Shown here piece by piece: positions 39,293-48,273 of a stretch of 64,000 nucleotides of DNA. The DNA comes from a virus. A model generated the notes under the pieces. It was not told the origin of the DNA. It saw only the letters and a program-made list of their open reading frames with translations, and searched no databases. The DNA lies in IMG/VR virus record IMGVR_UViG_3300025732_000019; one strand, 5' to 3'. The position numbers and the translations under genes are program-made. The first letter of the stretch is position 1. The number at the start of each line of letters is the position of its first letter.

Positions 39293-40619
39293 CTGTATGA
39301 TCTCCATGATCAGAATAATCACCGTGGGGAACGTCATCGTGCGTATGGGGCTGTGTATCCGTATGATCGCCGTGCTGGTCACCGTGCTTCGTCGCGGGTG
39401 TGGTGCTCGATGACGGCTGCGTGTACTTACTCAAATATGGCGTTTCTTCTTGCGACCATGCGGCGTACATCTGCGCTTCAATTTCTGTGCGCTTGGGGTG
39501 CTCGGAAAACGGCACTTCACCCGCGGCGCGAAGTCGTCGTGCGCCTTCCGCAAATAGACGCTTGAAGGTGCCGCAGTACGTGGAGCGCATGCGCCAATCG
39601 TGATTCGCGCCTTCACCGGGGCATTGCCCGTAACACATGAGCCAATATTCACATCCCTGACATCCACCGTATTCCTGCGGCGTGACATACAACGCAAGTT
39701 GTCGTTCAAAATGTCGAGCACCGGGATGACCGATAAACGTTGAAGCACCGTTTTTCGTGCCGCATCCTTCGGCCGGCAACCAGTTTTGACCATCCTTATT
39801 GGTGCGTGAACAATGCGACGGCGAACCATCATTCTCAATACCATTTACTGCACTGGTATTCCACGGGTCGCAAGGTTTCCAATGACATACGACTGAATCT
39901 CCGTTCCCGCGCTGGAGTTTCAGGATCTCGTCAAACTTGGAGATGCGCAACTGTTTGAATGAAGGCAGGATATTCCAGATCTCAATCAGCCGATCTGCAA
40001 TCTCCTCACTAGGAAGATACAGTTCGTGCGCTTTATGATCCATCTCCATCAAATGCATATTGACATGACGCACACCCATTGTGTCTAGTTCGTGCAACCA
40101 TTCAAGAAATCGAGGAAAGCGATCCGCTCGGCAGTTGCCGGCATGCAGCGTCACGATCAAACTGGGGAGTAAATGCGGAGTGGTGACCGCGCGGCCGCAG
40201 AGTTCTTTCAATGCCCACATGGTACGTTGTGTCTGTTTTCGTGTCGCCTCTAAAGTGCCTGCCCATCGACTATCGTTCAGTTCATCGGGGCCATCCATTG
40301 AGATGCCCACATGCGTGTTATATTTGATGAAGAGTTCGATGTGTTTTTCGGTAATGAGCGACGCATTCGTTTGCACACCCGAATGGCCAAAACGTGTGTG
40401 CGCGATCTGTAACAGTTCGTCTAGATCTTTGAGAGAAAGAATGAGAGCTTCGCCCCCAAACAAGGAGAAGTATTCGTCCGGCTTGAGCTTGTCGATGGCT
40501 GCAAGCACGGCCTTACGGTCATACTTGTGAGATTTTTGCACATTGCGCATTTCCGTTTCGTAACAATACTTGCATTGTATGTTGCACGTAACACCTACAG
40601 GTCTAACTTCAATACTCAT
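39276..40619 (-). CDS. Radical SAM/SPASM-domain maturase with HxD-repeat C-terminal tail
   Basis: CNIQCKYC (CxxxCxxC), FGGEAL, QTN, ISMDGP; SPASM-type Cys CHWKPC...C...CQGCEYWLMCYGQCP...YC. Confidence 0.9.
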   Translation of the reverse strand: MSIEVRPVGVTCNIQCKYCYETEMRNVQKSHKYDRKAVLAAIDKLKPDEYFSLFGGEALILSLKDLDELLQIAHTRFGHSGVQTNASLITEKHIELFIKYNTHVGISMDGPDELNDSRWAGTLEATRKQTQRTMWALKELCGRAVTTPHLLPSLIVTLHAGNCRADRFPRFLEWLHELDTMGVRHVNMHLMEMDHKAHELYLPSEEIADRLIEIWNILPSFKQLRISKFDEILKLQRGNGDSVVCHWKPCDPWNTSAVNGIENDGSPSHCSRTNKDGQNWLPAEGCGTKNGASTFIGHPGARHFERQLALYVTPQEYGGCQGCEYWLMCYGQCPGEGANHDWRMRSTYCGTFKRLFAEGARRLRAAGEVPFSEHPKRTEIEAQMYAAWSQEETPYLSKYTQPSSSTTPATKHGDQHGDHTDTQPHTHDDVPHGDYSDHGDHTDVNKR

Positions 40620-40635
40620 AATAAACTACTTTCTC

Positions 40636-41295
40636 CTATGAACCTACGTAGACGGGTTGATCGTTATGTGCGACGTCACTGTGTGTGTCGTCATGAGAGG
40701 AACTATCGCTATGCACAGAATCCGTATGCACATCGACGTGCCCATCGCTGAAATAATCGGCATGATCCGCATGATTGTCGGTATGAGTGTCACCATAATC
40801 TGTATGCCACTCTGGCGCATCGTTGTGAAAATACGTATCGGTATGTACGTCATCATGATACGAGTCGGAATAGTCTGTATGAGATGAATAATAATCGTCG
40901 TGATCACTATAGCCGGCCGCGTCGCCATGACTTACACTATCACTATGTGAGTCAGTGTGTGCAATATCATCATGCACCGCATACTCATAGTTATTGTTCC
41001 CGATAATCCGCAGTTGTACGTTTCCAGTGGAGGCACTCGTGCCTCCGCTATTCGACACCCAAATAGAACCCGCAATAGCGCCTGTGCGGTTCGCAATCGA
41101 TGTGACGTTGAGTGTGCGGGCAAACCCACTGGCATCAACATAGCGAAGATTGGTGCCTTCCACCCACAACGAACCCACAATAGCACCAGATGCTAAACCG
41201 GTATTGCTGCCAATCGCGTACCACTCGACACCAGATGCATCGATGTAATGTACGGTGTTTCCGGCGACCCAAATGCTACCTGCTGTTTTTGCCAT
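40636..41295 (-). CDS. HxD-repeat protein 2 (putative rSAM substrate / virion appendage)
   Basis: Three GSxWV repeats, then 19 H-x-D plus Y/F-x-D motifs. Confidence 0.8.
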   Translation of the reverse strand: MAKTAGSIWVAGNTVHYIDASGVEWYAIGSNTGLASGAIVGSLWVEGTNLRYVDASGFARTLNVTSIANRTGAIAGSIWVSNSGGTSASTGNVQLRIIGNNNYEYAVHDDIAHTDSHSDSVSHGDAAGYSDHDDYYSSHTDYSDSYHDDVHTDTYFHNDAPEWHTDYGDTHTDNHADHADYFSDGHVDVHTDSVHSDSSSHDDTHSDVAHNDQPVYVGS

Positions 41296-41299
41296 AATC

Positions 41300-42016
41300 T
41301 TATCCTACGTAGACGGGCTGATCGTTATGCGCAACGTCACTGTGCGTCACATCCGCATGTGCCACATCGTTGTGTGTGGCACTATCGCTATGTGAATCGC
41401 TATGCACAGAATCCGTATGCGAATCGACGTGCCCATCGTTGAAATAATCGCCATGATCGGCGTGATTATCGGTATGAGAGTCGCCATAATCTTCATGATA
41501 CTCCGGCGCATCGTTGTGATAATATGTATCGGTGTGCGAGTCATCATGATACGAGTCGGAATAGTCTGTATGAGATGAATAATAATCATTGTGATCACTA
41601 TAGCCGGCAGTATCACTATGTGAATCGTAATGAGTTACGCTATCGGTGTGCGTAATGTCGCTATGCGGCACATCGGTATGCGACACATCATCATGCACTG
41701 CATACTCGTAATTATTGGTGCCGATGATGCGAAGTTGCACATTACCGGTATTCGCGCTGGTGCCCGAGGTGTTCGACACCCATAGCGACCCCGCGACAGA
41801 ATTAGCGCGGCTCGCAATCGTCGCGACATTCAGTGTGCGCTTGTATTGGTTCTCGTCGATGTACGCGAGATTACTGTTTTCGACCCAGATGGAACCGGCG
41901 ACCGCATTCGAGACAAGACCTGTATTGCTCCCAATCGCATACCATTCAACGCCCGAAGCGTCAATATAATGAAACGTGTTTCCGGATACCCACACACTGC
42001 CTGCGGTCTTAGCCAT
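41300..42016 (-). CDS. HxD-repeat protein 1 (paralog)
   Basis: Same architecture with 23 H-x-D motifs. Confidence 0.8.
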   Translation of the reverse strand: MAKTAGSVWVSGNTFHYIDASGVEWYAIGSNTGLVSNAVAGSIWVENSNLAYIDENQYKRTLNVATIASRANSVAGSLWVSNTSGTSANTGNVQLRIIGTNNYEYAVHDDVSHTDVPHSDITHTDSVTHYDSHSDTAGYSDHNDYYSSHTDYSDSYHDDSHTDTYYHNDAPEYHEDYGDSHTDNHADHGDYFNDGHVDSHTDSVHSDSHSDSATHNDVAHADVTHSDVAHNDQPVYVG

Positions 42017-42018
42017 GA

Positions 42019-43731
42019 TTATGTTGTCGCGTACTTATTCGCACCTACCGGCACGACGAGTCTTCCGGAAGTCGTGTCACATCGCACGATACCGTTGGCG
42101 CTGACAGAGCCGGCACTCCCGCTGACGCGAAGCAATTCAAGTAATGATTGATTGTCTGTATTTGCAGTGCCCACATATCCGATGATGACGTTGCCTGCAT
42201 CCGCACGCAGTACCGCACCAGCACGTGTGCCGCGTGTGCGATAGGTATCGCTGTTGGTACCGGCTTCGCAGTTGAATGCGATGAAAGGCGCGCCAGTGGT
42301 TTCACTGCCAATAACGGACTGAAACCCATCGTTGGCCGCGCCGAACTCCATTGACGACCCGCTGCGTCGCACACTCAGGAGTGCGCTGGTGACGGAACCG
42401 TTCACCGCAGCATTTCCCACATAGACACCTGTGCTGTTCGCAACGATCAGGTTCGCGCCTATTGTGGTGTTGCCCGATACGGTAAGTGTACTGAGAGTAC
42501 CAAGACCGGTGATGCCGGTATACGCACCCGACAACTGCGCGTTGGCCAATGTGCCCGTAGTAATGTTCGTCGCGTTCGTATAGTAGGAAGCGGCTTGACC
42601 ATTGAGATACGTGGTGTTATTCGCCGAATACGATGTACCCGTAAACACGGTAGAGTTGACGACAGCGCCATTCAACCCGATACTGCCTGCGGTAATCGCG
42701 GTGTTGACGGAACTGTTGCCAACAAAGTACGCGGACACATTCAACGAGACGTTTGCGCCCAGCGATACGCTACTGACGAGCAGCGCGGAACTATTCAGAC
42801 TGGTATTGACAGAGGAGTTTCCAAGTGTGAGTACACTGCCGGTAAACGACAGGTTCGCTGATGCATCAATCGCGTTGGTGCTGGTGTTCCAATATTGCAC
42901 CGCACCATTTCCACCTGCGCTACTTCCACCCGAGACGGTACTCCAATACGCAGTCGTTCCATTTGACGTGAGCACCTGTCCAGAAGTGCCAGTGCTACCA
43001 TTAGCAGTAATGGTTCGATCTACGGGCACCACGAGGCCCGTCGTAATCGCGGAAGACGTAATCGTCGTATTGACGCTACTGTTCCCTATGACAATCGCTG
43101 ACGTGTTACTGACCACATTCGCGCCGACGGCCAGTGCTGTAGTATTGGCCACGACGTTGCCTGTCGTCACGGTTGTGAATGACGGAGTGTCCGAGATCGA
43201 AACCGCAACGCTTCCCGATGATGCATTGACGGAGATTGGTAGTTGCCCAGCAAGTGCGGTGACACCAAGATTCGTGATGACGCCGGTGCTGTTACTATAG
43301 CCAATACCCGCACCATTGCTTACCGCGGCACGTGCGCGAGTATCGGTATAGTATTGATTGGTGCCTTCGGGAACAGCCGTCGTATTGATCGCGGCGCCAT
43401 TGAGAGTGAGTGTGCCACTGACCGTCAGATTACCGGTACTTGTGTTTGTGCTCACATTCAATGTGGCAATTGATGCGTTTCCGCTGACGACCAGCGCGAC
43501 GGTATTGATCGTGGCGTTGACAGTTAGATTGGCGTTTGCAGAGGTGTTTCCACGCAGACTCGTCGTCGCGAGAACCGTCAGCGTATTCGTCGTGATCTGC
43601 TCGACGACCAAATTACCGGAGATGTCACCAATTTTCAATACATTCGTGTTGAGTTCCGTCGCTACCGCATTGACGGTTGTGACAAGATCTTCGAACGTAT
43701 TTGCAAGTGTCAGTGGATCGATAGTGGCCAT
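42019..43731 (-). CDS. Tail-fibre-like protein
   Basis: ANTFEDLV..VN N-terminus, VPEGTNQYYTDTRARAA and GTSGQVLTSNG fibre motifs; late promoter. Confidence 0.75.
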   Translation of the reverse strand: MATIDPLTLANTFEDLVTTVNAVATELNTNVLKIGDISGNLVVEQITTNTLTVLATTSLRGNTSANANLTVNATINTVALVVSGNASIATLNVSTNTSTGNLTVSGTLTLNGAAINTTAVPEGTNQYYTDTRARAAVSNGAGIGYSNSTGVITNLGVTALAGQLPISVNASSGSVAVSISDTPSFTTVTTGNVVANTTALAVGANVVSNTSAIVIGNSSVNTTITSSAITTGLVVPVDRTITANGSTGTSGQVLTSNGTTAYWSTVSGGSSAGGNGAVQYWNTSTNAIDASANLSFTGSVLTLGNSSVNTSLNSSALLVSSVSLGANVSLNVSAYFVGNSSVNTAITAGSIGLNGAVVNSTVFTGTSYSANNTTYLNGQAASYYTNATNITTGTLANAQLSGAYTGITGLGTLSTLTVSGNTTIGANLIVANSTGVYVGNAAVNGSVTSALLSVRRSGSSMEFGAANDGFQSVIGSETTGAPFIAFNCEAGTNSDTYRTRGTRAGAVLRADAGNVIIGYVGTANTDNQSLLELLRVSGSAGSVSANGIVRCDTTSGRLVVPVGANKYATT

Positions 43732-43836
43732 ACCGATATTTAGAAGACTGCACGGGACACCCCCGACGAATGGCTGTTTGGGATGTCCGATGAGTTGGAT
43801 GTAGAATACTTCGTGGAAATGCTTACCAACGAGTAG

Positions 43837-44289
43837 TTAGGCCAATGCGAGAAGTGCCGCGGTGATCTCCGCGGCTCGTGCCTCACTCAACAAGTTCTTT
43901 CCCACCAGCATCGTAAAAATCTGCGTGATACGCGGGTCTGCGAGATTAATGCGATCCGCGAGATTGAACTGCGTAATCGCCCAGAATACTTCTGCATCAT
44001 TATAGGGGGCGTCTGCGGTCGGATGATACTTATTCATTTCCGACCACTCCTGTGCCGTCAGCACACCGACCACCTGTGCTTTGCTCACGATGGTGCGTGG
44101 AACGACAGGTGCGGGTGAAAACGTGTCGGTCGCGGCGTCGTAGCGCATGCCGACGGTGGCGTCGGGGCGGTCGGTGACATCCACAAAGATCCATTCATCC
44201 GATGGTGGTATAGGAAATCCGTTTGCTCCCGACCATTCGGTTTCTGCTTGCCCGTTGCGAATTTGTAATTGTCGATTCATTGTATGCAC
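43837..44289 (-). CDS. Hypothetical protein, possibly fibre assembly/chaperone; start may be 44280
   Basis: VGMRYD...DTFSPAP motif typical of small fibre-associated genes. Confidence 0.55.
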   Translation of the reverse strand: MHTMNRQLQIRNGQAETEWSGANGFPIPPSDEWIFVDVTDRPDATVGMRYDAATDTFSPAPVVPRTIVSKAQVVGVLTAQEWSEMNKYHPTADAPYNDAEVFWAITQFNLADRINLADPRITQIFTMLVGKNLLSEARAAEITAALLALA

Positions 44290-44291
44290 CT

Positions 44292-44879
44292 TTAATAAAG
44301 CTCTACTAATGTAGCAAAAATACGGCCGTCACCCCAGGCACCGATACTACCAGAAACTTGCGTACTACTATCTACGTTTGTAACTGGATAGGCCGTATAA
44401 GATGCTAGATCGCCACCATACCCACCCGGCTGATCTACGCCACGATAAAACAATAAACTTTTACTTGTATTAAACGTCGTAAGCGTTGCGGTCGGTGTAG
44501 GGCCTCCAGTAAAACTCAAACTAAACGATTGGATGTTTCGCACAACTCCCGGGTAGAATTCGATGACTTCCCAATAAATAGTTGAGGAGTTACTTCCATC
44601 CTGATATGGGCGAGTTGCCGTTAACGTCGTTGCATTCGTTAACTGGATATATGGAATTAATGACCGATTCGCAACTCCGCCATTTCCATTCCCTCGGCAG
44701 CTTACGACACTATAGTTTGTGTTTACACTGCTAATGGTAGAGGTTGCGGAGTAGTTTGCCCCAGTGATCGATGTAGATCCACGTTGAACAGAGGCAACAA
44801 GCAAGCTCGGTGAGTTCCATAAACTCACCATCCCTGCACTACCCAACGGGCCACTGCCCGTACCTAATCGTAAACTCAT
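44292..44879 (-). CDS. Putative virion fibre-tip protein
   Basis: Duplicated SVQRGS.../NIQSFS... beta module ending WEVIEF / LVELY. Confidence 0.55.
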   Translation of the reverse strand: MSLRLGTGSGPLGSAGMVSLWNSPSLLVASVQRGSTSITGANYSATSTISSVNTNYSVVSCRGNGNGGVANRSLIPYIQLTNATTLTATRPYQDGSNSSTIYWEVIEFYPGVVRNIQSFSLSFTGGPTPTATLTTFNTSKSLLFYRGVDQPGGYGGDLASYTAYPVTNVDSSTQVSGSIGAWGDGRIFATLVELY

Positions 44880-44891
44880 CGCTCGTCTCGT

Positions 44892-45254
44892 TTAGGTAAT
44901 ACGATTAACATAGCCATATATCACCAGCACATTCGTCGTGCCCGCAAAGGCATAAATGGTCGTGGCCGCAGCACCCGTACCCGTCACCGGCAACCCCGGC
45001 GCGACGAGCATTAATCCAGATTCACCCGGCACCGTCACTTCAATATCATTATCGGGTGAGGTCGTCCCGCCATATTGCACCGTGAGTTTCACTGCGGTCG
45101 TTGAGGAGTTCACACACCACAGCCACACCTCATCAATAATACTGGATGACGTGCCCGTAGCGTGAATCGTCGTGCCGGTACTGGAAGTTGCCGCGACCTT
45201 GATGCCTTTACCCTGTGAACTGCCCGAGAGAAGAACTTTTGAGAATGTGGCCAT
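44892..45254 (-). CDS. Small virion structural protein
   Basis: All-beta small protein; late promoter at 45271, GAGG RBS. Confidence 0.6.
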   Translation of the reverse strand: MATFSKVLLSGSSQGKGIKVAATSSTGTTIHATGTSSSIIDEVWLWCVNSSTTAVKLTVQYGGTTSPDNDIEVTVPGESGLMLVAPGLPVTGTGAAATTIYAFAGTTNVLVIYGYVNRIT

Positions 45255-45287
45255 TACCGAACCTCACACATATTTAGTGCGTGCATC

Positions 45288-45851
45288 TTACCGACCTCCG
45301 AAGATTTGCGTGGCTAACACAATCTGGTCACCGTCACCGCCACCAATTGCCACACCACTCAACGTAATCGCACCGGCGGTAATCGCGGTATTGACAGAAC
45401 TATTGCCTACAAACAGGGTGGAGGCATTCATCGTCACGTTCGCACCCACAGTAAATCCTGCTGAGGTGTGCACGGCGTTCGCCGTGCTATTTCCCACAAA
45501 CACCGTGGTCGCATTCGCACTCACGTTCGACCCAATCGTCAACGTGGTGACGGAGGGTGTCAGCAATAAATCATTCGGTTCGCCGTTGAGCACGCCAAAG
45601 AACGTCGCGCCCGTCGAAGGTGCCGAGGTAAAGGTAATCGTTGCCGCATTCACAGTGAACGCGACATCGGGTTCCTGAATGACACCGTTGATGCTAATGA
45701 GCAGATTTTTCGAGGTCGCAGGATAGACGGCCGCCCCACTGGAGGTCAGATTGAACACCGTGCAGGCACTATTGAACGACGCGGCGAGCGAGTCGATCTT
45801 CTTCGTGCGGGTGGTTTTATCCGTAGCGAGTGGGCGACCGAGGTATGCCAT
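45288..45851 (-). CDS. Virion structural/fibre protein
   Basis: MAYLGR N-terminus, LLISINGVIQEP module. Confidence 0.65.
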   Translation of the reverse strand: MAYLGRPLATDKTTRTKKIDSLAASFNSACTVFNLTSSGAAVYPATSKNLLISINGVIQEPDVAFTVNAATITFTSAPSTGATFFGVLNGEPNDLLLTPSVTTLTIGSNVSANATTVFVGNSTANAVHTSAGFTVGANVTMNASTLFVGNSSVNTAITAGAITLSGVAIGGGDGDQIVLATQIFGGR

Positions 45852-45866
45852 ATGAGTATTTAGAGG

Positions 45867-46793
45867 TTATGTCGTAGACTCATAGAATAATGTGCCGCTG
45901 GATATTTTAGTGCCGCTTGCCGTCCAACCTGCCGCTGTGCCGGGAGATGTGCGATGTTCGACTAAAGACGAACCTGCTGAAATATAGGTGCTTTGAATTG
46001 TTGAAAGATATGCACCATTATCATATCCAAACCATGTACCATAGGCGGATGGATACCCGGTTCCGGTATTATTTACACACGTATACGGAAGAGTAAAGGA
46101 TACTGACGTGGCATTACTGGTACCTTCCAAATGCCATTGCACAAATACTAATTTGCCAATTTTTTTATATTTAATAATTTTACGATTTGCTGTAAATGAC
46201 GACCATCCCGTGATGGTGGATGATGCGGTGTAATCTGTCCACGCCACGGAATAAATGTCAGTCGGAGTAAGAACCAGATTCGCGGTTGAATTGGCAATCG
46301 TAAGACTGGTGCTGGTGAGAACAAGATTCGCCGTAGAATTTCCAAGAAATACTGTTGACGTATTCGCAACCACATTCGCCCCAACGGTGACAGCACTACT
46401 TGTTTGAATGACATTCGCAGTACTATTGCCTACAAATACCGCAGAGGTATTGATAACGACATTCGCGCCCACACTGAATGACGACGCATTGATCACCGCA
46501 CCCTGCGACACCTGCCCCACGTCGAGCACATCCCCCAACAGAATGCCAAAGAACGGTTGGGTATTCGCGGGGGCGGCGGAGAACACGATGGTCGATCCGC
46601 TCACGGTGTAGGCGACTTCGGGTTCCTGCAACACACCACCCAAACTGACGATGAGGTTCGAGGCGGCACCGGGAACAAGTGGCACCGACGATTGTGTCAG
46701 CGAGAACGTGGTGCACGCACTATTGAACGATGACGTGATGTCGTCAAGGTGTGCGAAGCGCCCGATAGAAGGTTGTCGTCCGAGGTAGCCCAT
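45867..46793 (-). CDS. Virion structural/fibre protein, paralog of 45288-45851 with extra C-terminal domain
   Basis: MGYLGR, IVSLGGVLQEP; C-terminal KYKKIGKLVFV...FTLPY receptor-binding-like domain. Confidence 0.65.
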   Translation of the reverse strand: MGYLGRQPSIGRFAHLDDITSSFNSACTTFSLTQSSVPLVPGAASNLIVSLGGVLQEPEVAYTVSGSTIVFSAAPANTQPFFGILLGDVLDVGQVSQGAVINASSFSVGANVVINTSAVFVGNSTANVIQTSSAVTVGANVVANTSTVFLGNSTANLVLTSTSLTIANSTANLVLTPTDIYSVAWTDYTASSTITGWSSFTANRKIIKYKKIGKLVFVQWHLEGTSNATSVSFTLPYTCVNNTGTGYPSAYGTWFGYDNGAYLSTIQSTYISAGSSLVEHRTSPGTAAGWTASGTKISSGTLFYESTT

Positions 46794-46812
46794 ATGATGT
46801 ATTTAGGTGGGG

Positions 46813-48258
46813 TTAGACAGCGCCGTCAGAGAGACCACTAAGACCATATCGGGCTTGTGATAAGTTAGCCGTCGTATATGCAGCCGTCGCACTGGTACTA
46901 AAAGTGATGCGCTCTGCGGAGGTTGTAGGGCTGCTGATTGCAAAATTCGTGCTACCACCTGCGATGTAACCATATACCGTACCATCACTCACCGCAGGCA
47001 TAATCGCTCGTGTTGTCACGAGATTGGATACCGTACTCGCCGCAGTGGCACCCGTGCTGAATGTGAGACGATCACCGGTCGTCACTTCACTACTGGATGA
47101 CTGCCGCCGACCACCAAGAATATATCCGTAGGTAATGCCCCCGTCACTCACACCTGCGGCATAGCGTCGATCTTGAGAGAGATTTGCGGCAGTGTACGCG
47201 GCCGTCGCACTGGTACTAAACGTCACACGATCCGCTGTGGTGACATCCGCACCCGTGTTACCACCGAGATTATAACCATACGTGCCTGCATCACTGACGG
47301 TGGATGTACCATAGCGAGCGGTTGATAAGTTACTCACGGTACTGGCCGCAAATATTCCCGTGGTAAAGGTGAGACGATCCGCCGTGGAGTTATACGTAGA
47401 AGAATACCCGCCCAATCGGTATCCGTAAATCGCCCCATCAGACAACCCATTGAGATGGCCATCACCAACCGCGGCCGGTAAATTTGCGGTCGCATACGCC
47501 GCGGTCACACTGGTCGCAAAGGTAATACGATCTGTGGTAGCAACATACGCACCCGTCGTGCCACCCGCGGCGTATCCATACACCGTGGTGTCGCTAATAG
47601 CATATGGGGTAGCTTTTGCGACCGAAAGATTGCTCACGGTACTGGCCGCTGTCGCACCGGTGCTGAAAGTAGTGCGGTCTGTGGTAGCCACGACTGCGCC
47701 CGTCGTTCCACCCATCACATAACCATATATTGCTGATGCGTTCTCTGACTGTTCCTGTTCGCGTTTGATGCCGGGGTTGATCAAGATCTGTGTTGCAGAC
47801 ACCGCAATGCCTACCGGCAACGGATGTAACGGTTTCGTCGCGGTCACTGCGCCTGCGGTGCTCCCCGCATAATACAACGCCCCCACTGTCAAGCCCGAGA
47901 ACCCCGAGACGATGCCGCTAATCTGCACATTCACACTCGCAGCCGCTGACGCACTCGCGAGCGCAAACCCCGCAAAGAACGCTTGGGTACTCTTCACCAA
48001 GACATCCGCATCCATCTTATAGACACGTCCCGCAGTACCGCTGGTCAATGCGGGCTCGATGTACACCGCATCCCGTGCGGCTAGGGTTTCTCCTGCGGTG
48101 AACGATACCACATAGCCTGTTGCGATAATCGTATTGGAGGTGGTGATCGACCCTGCGGTGATGGTGGTGTTGACGGTGCTGTTACCGGTAAAGAGCGACG
48201 TGACGTTGGCGGTGACGGTGTTTGCGAGGGCGTCGTTCTCGATCTTAGTGAATGCCAT
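46813..48258 (-). CDS. Kelch-like beta-propeller virion protein A
   Basis: Six ~50-aa repeats SDG..YGY..GG...DR.TFST...NLS.AR. Confidence 0.7.
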   Translation of the reverse strand: MAFTKIENDALANTVTANVTSLFTGNSTVNTTITAGSITTSNTIIATGYVVSFTAGETLAARDAVYIEPALTSGTAGRVYKMDADVLVKSTQAFFAGFALASASAAASVNVQISGIVSGFSGLTVGALYYAGSTAGAVTATKPLHPLPVGIAVSATQILINPGIKREQEQSENASAIYGYVMGGTTGAVVATTDRTTFSTGATAASTVSNLSVAKATPYAISDTTVYGYAAGGTTGAYVATTDRITFATSVTAAYATANLPAAVGDGHLNGLSDGAIYGYRLGGYSSTYNSTADRLTFTTGIFAASTVSNLSTARYGTSTVSDAGTYGYNLGGNTGADVTTADRVTFSTSATAAYTAANLSQDRRYAAGVSDGGITYGYILGGRRQSSSSEVTTGDRLTFSTGATAASTVSNLVTTRAIMPAVSDGTVYGYIAGGSTNFAISSPTTSAERITFSTSATAAYTTANLSQARYGLSGLSDGAV

Positions 48259-48273
48259 ACGAATATTTAGGAG

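Noticed and set aside
39293-39382. 30-aa N-terminal extension of the methyltransferase ORF in the track
   Set aside because: It is an alternate-frame read of the rSAM HxD tail; a GGAG RBS supports ATG 39292
39276-40619. rSAM as QueE, NrdG, MoaA or a sulfatase maturase
   Set aside because: It has SPASM-type cysteines and an HxD tail, lies in a late structural operon beside HxD proteins, and no que, nrdD or sulfatase genes are in the window
40636-42016. Identity with the bacterial His-Xaa-Ser (Hxs) system
   Set aside because: The motif is H-x-D, there is one rSAM rather than a pair, and the repeats are attached to a virion-type head domain; analogous at most
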